A DNA stretch of 43,679 nt. Origin: Paraglomus brasilianum (lineage: Eukaryota). Under the pieces are notes generated by a model. The model did no database searches. It had not been told where the DNA came from and saw nothing but the letters and a program-made list of their open reading frames with translations. Shown here one piece after another: positions 34,501-43,679 of this stretch (position 1 is its first letter; each line of letters opens with the position of its first letter). Both the position numbers and the translations under genes were made by a program. The stretch is taken from positions 1 to 43,679 of the forward strand of contig CAJVPI010000195.1 of assembly GCA_910592345.1 (NCBI GenBank), in the 5' to 3' direction.

Positions 34501-37500
34501 AATACGACACAGCATTGGCCCTAATCAACCAGAAATCTGTCAAAGCAACGTCCTGGATAGCATTTATCAGAACACGATAAAAATGAGTCGACTTCAAATC
34601 CATCGCCGATGACGTTTCCTGAGAAGGACGGAAGGATATTAATGACGCTATCGCGAAACCGGGTCGAAGTCCAGGGTTAACAGGTCCGCTTTCCCAGGCG
34701 GACGTAATTCCGGACAAAATATCAGATAGTGCTGACTTTTGCTTCTCTAGTTCACGATGTCGGTTTCTACCCGCGGCTCCTTTTGTTGATGAGGTGTTAC
34801 GACCGCCAAATAAGGTACGTTGCAGATCGAACACTTCGTGGGGTATTAACTGACTAAGGACGTCCTTCCATCCGTCAATTGTAGATGAGCAATTTAAAAT
34901 TTGCGATATTATCGTCATTGGTGATTCTGGTAAAACAGACAATATGTCTGTTGCAGAAAAGTATGCAAGTGCTTTAAGGGCGTGATCGAGAATAAATTCA
35001 TCCGTCTGAAGTTTAAATAAGGCGTCCGAACTTTTGTCCGTGATTGGTGATTGATAAGGAAAGATCAATGGACGAACGTGATCAACGAGAAAGTCTTGTA
35101 TAAATGCATTATAGGAATCCGTACCTAGAGAATGTAATTTTTTAGTATAAAGTCCAATCAAGTCATGAATGTTATGAATATTGATTAAACAATTGTACCG
35201 TCCATCTTCATTGCAATTAATTTGTAAAATTCGCATAATCGCACAATGATATCTTTCGGTGTGGGATCAGTAGACATGACAACGTTTGTGATATGTGAGA
35301 CCATAACTGTCCATACTTTGGGATATAGTTAGAAGATATGTTGGTTAATATGAAACAAACACAACATAATAATATCACAAGTAAAAGTTACCAGTTCGAG
35401 GATCTACTACATCTCTCTCAATGCACGCGTTCAAAGCCTCAAGTATCAAACATATGCTTACAGGATGCAAGCTGACCGTCTGCATAAGGCTCGATATAAA
35501 TGGCAGTAAATCATCAATATGATCCTCTGCGCTGGTTCTACAAATGTCCCTACAAATCGAATTCAAATTGTTAACTTTAACTGCATCTAAAAATTGCAGT
35601 AGTACTATATTTTATGCCTACTCACCTTATACAAGACAAGGTTGCAATTTCCATCTCACCTTCTTCACTCTTTGGATCAATTATTCCAGTATGTAATTTT
35701 CGTCTCTTTACCCATTCGCGTATTGCAAGTTTTAATGACTGCCAAGATCTTCTTCGTCGCTCCCACAGATAGTACAACATTCTCATTCCAACCGCATTAA
35801 GTCTTGTGTATTTTGAAGAGTCATTCGTTTGTATTAACGAATTGGCAAACTTTAAAACTTTGAATGATATGGCTATATCTGATGGAGTGACCAAGGATGG
35901 AAGCGTATTGTACAGGATGTGGAGGCGAACTAAAGGAGGTTGTCGTTTGTCGCGAAGGGTATAAAGAATTACATGAAGAATTGGTAGTTTGCTATTCGCT
36001 GCTGTGTTTGAATTATTTACAGTCTCGGATATTAAATAATCTAAAGCTCTAACACGTAGCTCTATATGCGGATGTAATAAATATGGTATTAAAAACATGG
36101 TATTAAAATAAACATTAGATGCTGGGATATCGTCCGATGATGAGGCTTCCAGGAAAGATCTCAATAGTTGAATTATCTCTGAAAAGAGTTCCGCAATGGC
36201 TCCGGTGATGCTCAACGAACCGACGTAGGAGGAAATCTAGGAATAAACAAAGAAAGTTTTAGAATCTTGATAGGAGCGTGTTGTAAATCGGCTGTGCTTG
36301 TATACTCGCCTCATTGGATAAAGCATTTTCAATAAATTCGCTTCCGATCACGTCGTTTCGCATTGTTTCGATTATTCGAAGAAGAGCCAGGATTTCTTTT
36401 TGAACGTGCTCTATTGTTATTTCGCATAATATCTGAAATAATGGCAAAATAGCAATCTGGGCAATTAAACTCGAGGTAAAATCTTTATTGTCTCTTTTGA
36501 TTTGCTGATCCAACACAGTTGTCATAACTTTTAAAATCAAGCTTTGCTGTTCCACTGTGTCACAGTCCAACAACAGATAAGAAAGTGCCGGCCACGTTAC
36601 TGTAAATTTAGGCAATGATTCGACAGTTTTACCGAAAGAGCATAACCGGGACAATACTCTTAGTAAAAAGGTCACAGAGATTCCCAAATTACGTGCACTA
36701 CATGCAAGAGATAGTATGTGAACTGTCAATCTTGGTGAAAAATCACCCAGGAAGGTCTTTGAGACGGAATTTCCGACGAGTAATTGAACCATAGATTGAT
36801 TAAACATGTACGCTTTTTCAAAGGATGTTCTGTCTACTATTGGTAGTCTTTCTGAGACGGTCAATAAGTAATCAAACATCTTCTCTCTTAGCATTCCATA
36901 TTTTTCAGATTCTAAATTTTTATACATTGATCGAATCAATAGTTGTGACATGGCCATACTCCAATATGCATCTCCACACATGAGGGCAAAATCCAAGAAA
37001 GGTTTCATCATTTCCAACGCGTTTACTAATGTTCTAATATCAGTTTGTTCTCCATTAAACTCGAATATCTTTTCGCATTGAGCAAAGACCATTATCCATG
37101 ATTCCGGCTTAGACTTGACGATTGGTATGTACGGGTGAACCGCGCCTTCGTGCGAATCCTTGATTTTAAAGACTGGTTTATATTCGCCTTTCGTAGCGTG
37201 TACATGGTGAAGTAAAAGATCCGTTATACCAACGAGTAAACATTCAAGAATTGTTGGGCTCGCAGTTTGTATCAAATACGCGAGTTCGTTTAGTCCATTT
37301 ATCCACTCTATTGCGCCTGATCGAACCAATTGTATAATTCCTGAGATGGCAGTAGAAGAAACGATGCTAGATTTAGATAAAACTGAAGACCATAGCTGAT
37401 CAATAGGTGTGTTCGTATCGTCGGACTTGGATTGATTGGGAGATTTTGGGTCTGCGGAGATGTTTGATATCAAACTACGTACTTTCAGTATTTGCGTTGA

Positions 37501-37509
37501 GCGGTCCAT
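31580..37509 (-). CDS. FOCAD: Focadhesin / RST1-like large helical-repeat protein (multi-exon)
   Basis: HPYIPIVKSKPESW and (C)IR/DICRTSAEDHIDDLLPFIS...LILEALNACIERDVVDPRT/VW resemble the remembered focadhesin motifs HPLITVL..RPDCW and IRDICKQRP..HG.DML..IS. Long exons linked by GT-AG introns. Confidence 0.75.
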
Positions 37510-40048
37510 ATCGATATTAACAGCGGAGGTATATCGCGAGGAACTGATCTTTTGATGATCGCAATGAGATCAACATACCATTTCCATATTGGGAAACACG
37601 AGGAGGTTTAATCAAGTGATGATTGACCATCGTACGAGAAGACTATATTTTTGTTACTCAGGTCATTTGCATTTGTACATCTTCAGCACACAAATCACAT
37701 CTCTAGATTTCTAGTAAACACTGTTATCGCAGTCTATTACATGTGACTTACCGGATTTGTTAACAATTTCTCCAAAGCGCAAATACGTAGCTAGCAAACC
37801 GTTGTTTGTTGTATATTAAACTTTAGATAAACGTTGTATTTATGCTTGAAGGATGAGAGGTAGTTGTGAAGCGATGGAGAGTAGTGTCTATGTATGAGTA
37901 GACGCGATAAACCGTGTCTTGTTTGTGAGTTGTAGCAACTGTCGCACATGCGGAATATGGAGTGGGACAAACGTTTGTTCGTTGTGTATTTAAGTGAACA
38001 TTGACTCACGAACAAGTCCTCAAACAACAAACGCTTAACACTCTCCATCATTCACGTGTATCGCACCGAGTAGAATAATAATGCCTTAGGGAAAACTGTT
38101 ATTGTACGTGCGTTTATTAATTTATTCAGATATTCAACAACAGGCATCTTCTCACCTTCAGTAAAATAAATAATCGCATCGCATCATGAGATAACCAACT
38201 AATTATTTTGATATTATACAAATTAGAAGTTACATATGAATCACTTCCTCGATTTCGAAAAGCTTCCCGACACAATACTCGGACCGCTTTTGATTGCATA
38301 ATAATAAACAAATAATAAACTTGTTATTACCTCAAAGCGGTTTATTTAAACCTTTCTTACTGAAAAAAATGTGGCAATGATCTTAACCTTCAGAGACGCC
38401 GATGTCAGAAGCCCAACGTCAACTATCAGTACGAGGTAAGTAGAAGGGTAAATAAAAAGTAGATTAAACGCACGATTAAATACCAAAAAAATAATAATTT
38501 TTTTTGTATTCCTTACTGTTTATGTACATAATATTGATACTTATCCCAACAACTTACTGGTTAGAGATAAAAGGTGAGTCTTGCTTGGCATGCCGGTTTT
38601 AGAGCAATAGTCATTCGATTATTTATTCACCTATTATACTATTGTTTAACTATTTATGTTAATATTTATTTATTAATAATAACTTAATATTAAGAATAAT
38701 AATAGCAAAAAAATTTTGATTTATTTACAGTTATTATTATGCGACAGTATTTATCATAATGACGTCTTATTTTTTAACTTATATCATGTTAGTAAATAAC
38801 AGTATAGTAATAGTAACAGGTAACCACATGATATTATATGGGGCATGCTGTAACAAAACGAACATTTGACGTCGTTCGATCCTCATGCTCGAAGATTTTA
38901 TTTTCATCTTTTCTGCGTGACTTTTAATGATTCGATATTCTCCATAAAGTTCAAGAGTATATGATGAGTGTCCCCGACTAGCGTCCTCCTTTCGTTAGAG
39001 CATTCCATTGGCAGTTCACTAAATACCGACACGTAAAAACGCAACCACGTTCTCTCCTTTTTTATTTACTTCAAAGCTTATCGTACAAGCAAAATACCAC
39101 GCTGAAGCAACATGAACTCATATTCTAGATCATCTGTACAGCCGTGCTCTCACCTCATCAGGGATCAATCATATTGAGTAGACCGCCTGCGTACGAAAGG
39201 CGCGAAGGCCTCTTCTCTATCCTTGCCTCGTTAAAGGACTTTACGACGTTTCGAGCCAGCAGCTGAATTCATAAATGGTGACGTAAAGTTATTGCACAGT
39301 TAGTAACGATAATGCGTACAAGCGCTCATGATTGAAACATACCGCCCATTTCACCACACATTCATAAAAATAAACGAAGTCTTGCATCTCTGTGAAATCT
39401 CGAGGAAGATTTGCGTTGTCTACTTCGTTCAGGCAATAATTCCCTGAATTGACATTGGCCGTGGAGGCATTATCAGCTTCTGACAACAATAAACTTTCAA
39501 TGAGAGGGTAACGTACCACAATAGTTAAGATAATACAGATAAATCCGGAGGCGGAAACTTTGACCACCAAATACAGTTAAATTTTTCGGCAGACGCCTCC
39601 GATTCTTGATTATTTCTTTGACAGTCCTTGCGAAAATATTCTTTAAGTTACGCGCAATTTTTGTGACATCGGCAATCTCCTTTTCTTCCTTTGCCGCCGG
39701 CCATTATCTTTATCCTCGCCGCACTTGTCATCTTGCCCGTTCGATAGACGTCCAATTAACTGAGCCTCTTGATGTACAGCTGCAGTACCCATGACTTTTA
39801 ATGTGCTTAACTGAATGTCGATGTTGGTATTGAACTGTTGCTCACACAACATAATGAGACTCTTGGAATCTGGCGAAGTAATACAGCATACTATTATATA
39901 CCTGTTGTTTTTCCAGCTCCCTCTTCTTTTCAAAGAGATTCCAGAACTCGGTAGCTTCTCGGCCGTTCTTCTAAAAAATGATAAATAAGTTACCATTGCA
40001 TTGATGAAATTTTCGTATGTTGGTCGTCGGCGCTTGTTACACGTTGTA

Positions 40049-40195
40049 ACCGAGGACGAAACCTAACTCCCGGAGTTAACAGGGGCGACACCTGCTCCAG
40101 CGTGATTGCAACCCGTATATACAAGCGCTCCGTAATTGCACCGAGGACGAAACCTAACTCCCGGAGTTAACAGGGGCGACACCTGCTCCAGCGTG
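40049..40195. repeat. Perfect 56-bp direct repeat x2 (91-bp period)
   Basis: ACCGAGGACGAAACCTAACTCCCGGAGTTAACAGGGGCGACACCTGCTCCAGCGTG at 40049-40104 and 40140-40195. Confidence 0.95.
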
Positions 40196-40640
40196 GTGCA
40201 ACTTACAGACTAGCGGAGATTTCGCTAGCGACAACAGTACATATGCATATATAGACGCCTACAGACCTGTTTGAGAATGAATGAAGCAGCTATTTGTCGT
40301 CCTTCGTCTGTGTCGTTTTTTTGAATTTTTTCATCCATAATGATTTTAACGTCTTTTCAATCTGTGATTTTGGAATTGGGGCTTCATGGTCTCGAGATAT
40401 CCGAGGTACGACCATTCTTTCGCGGGAACTGACACAAAATACTGAACAGGTGCAGGTTGACTGTGTTCCGTCCGTGTGCTCGTTGCTCGACATTGACTTA
40501 ACTTCTGCCATCGTAATGAACAGTCTATGACAACTTGGCTTTTGTTTTTACGTGATCGGAACGCGTAACGTCATCAATCCAAGCCACAATCAGTATCCAC
40601 ATATCGATATCACCTATGTAAAGCAGAATGGACATTTATA

Positions 40641-40814
40641 CAAGTGGCTCTCGATATAAGAACCCTTCGATATAAGAAACTTTCGATATAAGAAAGTATT
40701 TTTGCTGGACCCGATTTAAAATCTTATAACAAATGACTCTCGTTATAAGAGATTTTCGATATAAGAAAAAAATTTGTTGGGCCCCGATCACTTTCTTATA
40801 TCGAGAGCCACTTG
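40641..40814. mobile_element. MITE (174 bp), pogo/Tc1-mariner-like
   Basis: Perfect 22-bp TIRs CAAGTGGCTCTCGATATAAGAA, TA on both sides, internal reiteration of TCGATATAAGAA. Confidence 0.9.
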
Positions 40815-41092
40815 TATATTGATATAATTTATAGTTGTACATATTTATGTCATGATTCCGTTTCACACTTATTCATTGCCATGACCATCAATTATACGAG
40901 ACGACAACAGTAACGGAACCATGGCGCACGTAGAACAAATGGTGAGGGTTCATGCGTAAGTGCTTGTCGACAATTATTTTGGCTCTTATTTTCTTACTGT
41001 AATAAAAAGATAATAAATACATGAGGTTAACTCTATATAATGATATGAACGCGTAAGAGTAAGATCAAGCGACAACTATTGATTTTATGCTC

Positions 41093-41345
41093 CTATTTTT
41101 CTTTTTTTCCTTGGCTCCTGAAAGGGTTCGGCCAATGTTCGCTTAGGAGGCTTTCTATCCTTTCCTCTTGGTAAACCTCATAAATTATCTTTTCTTGGTC
41201 CAGATAATCCTTGATAGTCTGCGTGCTTTTTAGTTTGAAAATGTAAGGAGCAATTTTTTCGCCTTGCCCTTGCTTTAAAAGAGAGCGTAAAGTGCTGTAG
41301 TCTATATTTATTCCATAATGAAAGGCAAAATACCATACCGTAGCA
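41093..41345 (-). pseudogene. 5'-truncated ORF fragment of unknown family
   Basis: YFAFHYGINIDYSTLRSLLKQGQGEKIAPYIFKLKSTQTIKDYLDQEKIIYEVYQEE..* looks protein-like and abuts the oppositely oriented transposase fragment at about 41345. Confidence 0.4.
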
Positions 41346-41347
41346 TT

Positions 41348-42214
41348 GATGTGGCTGCCCACTACAGTTACGACTGAGCCCAAAATGTCCATGTACCTCA
41401 TTCGGACCAGCAAATCGGAAAAGTGTATTACCTTAGGGCTCGCAAAGTGCACTTATTTGGTATCCAAGATGAAGCGGTCCGTGAGCAACTTAATTATGTG
41501 CTGGATGAGAACGAACTTCTTGGAAAGGGTCCGAATGGTACCCTTAGCCTAGTCTTAGATGGGATCAAGCAATTGAATAAAGGCGAGAAGTACCTGAAAG
41601 TCACTTGCGACAATGCTGGTGGACAAAACAAAAACAATGCCACTATTTGGTTTTACTTGTATCTGGTAATTGCAGGCTATTACGAAAGTATTGAACTCAA
41701 TTTTATGGTTCCCGGTCATACCAAATTCAAGTGTGATGGTAGCTTTGGTCTGATTAAAAGACTTTACTGTAATACCACAGTAGATTGTGTCGATCATGTC
41801 GCAGACGTGGTGAAAAGGTCCAGCATTGCCGGACTAAACAAAGCGCGGCGTTATAATGATAAAGAGGGTTTTCAATATTATGATATTTTAAGCAGTTTGG
41901 CAGCCTACTTCATGAAACTGCCGGGCATGCAAAAATTTCAGCACTTCCTTTTCACCAATATTAATCCCAGCATAGTCAAAACTCAAAAAACTGTGAACGG
42001 TCCTTTCCAGGAATTCAAGTTAATAAAAACTAGTCAATTTGAGACTTCAAAAGTCATAGAAAAAATTAAAGCGTTATCATTTCCAGTGCTGGTGCCTCCT
42101 CTGATGAAATATGAATGACAAGAATATCTCTATAATTATATTCGCCACTTTGTCTGAGATGAATTTAAAGATATTACTTGCCCAAAACCATTGGTACGCA
42201 GCGCAAATGAATAA
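41348..42214 (+). pseudogene. DUF7869 / Sola-like DDD transposase catalytic-domain remnant, 5'-truncated
   Basis: HYSYD*AQNVHVP, TCDNAGGQNKN, FMVPGHTKFKCDGSFGLIK, and C-terminal YE*QEYLYNYIRHFV*DEFKDITCPKP. Three in-frame TGA, no introns. Confidence 0.72.
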
Positions 42215-42325
42215 TAATAAATAACAGCAAATCATTTTGATTTTAATAGTTGCTAGTAGTTTCTTTGGAGAACATGTGCTTCTTCCAACAATGATATCCA
42301 TTCCTATAAAAATTAATTTATTACT

Positions 42326-43415
42326 ATGCCAGAAAAAAAATGCATCTCTTGTGCTAAACTCAGTGTTCTGCTAGAGAAAGGTCAACTTAGATCTCTATTA
42401 ACAGATGGAGGAACAGTTTTTTCTTCTGTCAATCACTGACCCAACTCCAAATACCATATGGTGATCATGACCAAACGTCACACTGAAGACTTATGCACCT
42501 TAACTACCCAAGAATGAGCAGATATTTTGCCAGTGCTCAAAGATAGTATTGCTAAAATCGAAGTGTATCTCAAAAAAGCAAATAAACCAACTCCTGTTGG
42601 GTATTGAATTAGTATCCCAAATGGGGAGCTAGCTGCACAAAATATGCCCCCTCATTTTTATATGCAAGTAGTGCCAAAGTATAAAAAGGATTTTGGTTCT
42701 CTGATGGTGCCATATGATATGAAATATGCCACAGGCCAAAACTTTGCTGAAAATAAAGAGAAAATTTGAGCTTCCTTACAACCTAATTCCAACAAAGTCA
42801 TTGCAGAAAAAAGCAAGTTAATTGCTAAATTATGTGACAACAATGGCAAAGAAATGCCTACCTTCACCTGGGAAAGTCTAGTAGGAAATTATACTCATCT
42901 TCACCAAAGCCAAATTGCCAAATAACATTAATGCCATTGATCAAGAAACTTGAAATGAAATTGGCAAAATGGCAAAAGAACTGATGGAAAAGATGGAAGA
43001 GCAAAATGCTTGCCATGATTTTCAATTAGAATTTCTTATTGGCAAAGAGGCAGTAAAAATATTTAAAGAAGAATCTGAATTACCTTCTGACCATCCTTAC
43101 CCATAATCAGAATTTATTGGTATACTAATACTGTTTCCTCAATATAAATTAACAAGAATGTGAGATGGAAGTAGACCAGCTAAGAATAATAAAGCTGTAG
43201 GAACGATGGAAAATGATAGATTAGCTGAAAAACTCAACAATCTCCAAGAATATGCCAAAATCTGAGGTAAAACCAAGGACTTAGAACAAATTGAAAACAA
43301 TTCAAGTCAGATATCACCAATGTGATTGATTCCTACTGTGTTGGTAACTATGACAGTAACGGCATTGACAGTATTTTTAGTGCTGAAAAAAAGAATGTTA
43401 AGTCATAAGAAATAA
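42326..43415 (+). pseudogene. Tandem HIT-like domain protein with C-terminal membrane anchor; readable with TGA as sense codon plus two frameshifts
   Basis: MPEKKCISC...NH*PNSKYHMVIMTKRHTEDLCTLTTQE*ADILPVL...GY*ISIPNGELAAQNMPPHFYMQVVPKY. Second repeat ILIFTKAKLPNNINAIDQET*NEIGKMAKEL...FQLEFLIGKEA...LILFPQY. Tail SPM*LIPTVLVTMTVTALTVFLVLKKRMLSHKK-TAA. Confidence 0.75.
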
Positions 43416-43545
43416 TCATGAGTGATGTTAAATGTTTACTTTGTCTGGTTTTGTTGCAGCATGCCCCATATTACACTTCACATTGCTAATGACAAAGTTT
43501 CAGTTTTATTTTGTTAGTTGCTGTTGTATAATAATAGGGTGTCCT

Positions 43546-43679
43546 TAACTTACACCCCGGGTGTACGGCAAATTCGTACACCCCCGGGGTGTACGATAAA
43601 AGATACACCCGGGGGTGTACGATTATTTGCGTACACCAGGGGGTGTAACATATTCTGTACACCCCGGGGGTGTAAGTTA
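43546..43679. repeat. Palindromic MITE-like element with five TACACC(C/G)nGGTGTA hairpin units
   Basis: Ends TAACTTACACCCC / GGGGTGTAAGTTA are 13-bp inverted repeats. Five 15-17-bp palindromes are separated by 10-12-bp spacers. The element ends exactly at the window edge. Confidence 0.75.

Noticed and set aside
40049..40195. GAGGACGAAAC looks like the 3' half of a hammerhead ribozyme
   Set aside because: No upstream CTGANGA core or GTCC stem partner in either copy.
806..42867. Numerous short ORFs antisense to or overlapping called genes (for example 806-1078, 15254-15841, 33782-34159, 42658-42867)
   Set aside because: Shadow ORFs of real coding sequence on the opposite strand or in another frame.
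43546..43679. CRISPR array
   Set aside because: Repeats are 15-17 bp and variable, spacers are 10-12 bp, the whole unit is bounded by inverted repeats, and there are no cas genes.

Overview
Eukaryotic, intron-rich, AT-rich fungal genomic DNA. It is most consistent with an early-diverging Mucoromycota fungus, probably Glomeromycotina; this is inferred from gene content and intron style, not proven. Left end (0-4 kb): a decayed Ty3/gypsy-type retroelement on the minus strand (gag with two CCHC knuckles, retropepsin, probable LTR), an 82-bp long-range inverted repeat and a MITE. Middle: spliced host genes (DUF4112 protein, tail-anchored coiled-coil protein, NmrA-like protein, BEM46/ABHD13 hydrolase, RPB11, VPS45, UXS1, focadhesin). 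These are interrupted by an accessory island (about 12.5-20.8 kb) holding a Tc1 relic, two tandem paralogous MATA-type HMG-box genes and several minisatellites. A spliced gene at 30.4-31.5 kb encodes a bacterial-type RNase P protein (RnpA-like) with a probable mitochondrial presequence. Right end (about 41.1-43.5 kb, between two palindromic MITE-like elements): an intron-less block with a DUF7869/Sola-like transposase relic and a tandem HIT-domain membrane-anchored gene. That gene is interrupted almost exclusively by in-frame TGA, several at expected Trp positions. It is the best candidate for something new: a possible Mollicutes-related endobacterium (genetic code 4) DNA insertion in the host nuclear genome. 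All calls come from reading the sequence by eye; no searches were run and exon boundaries are manual.
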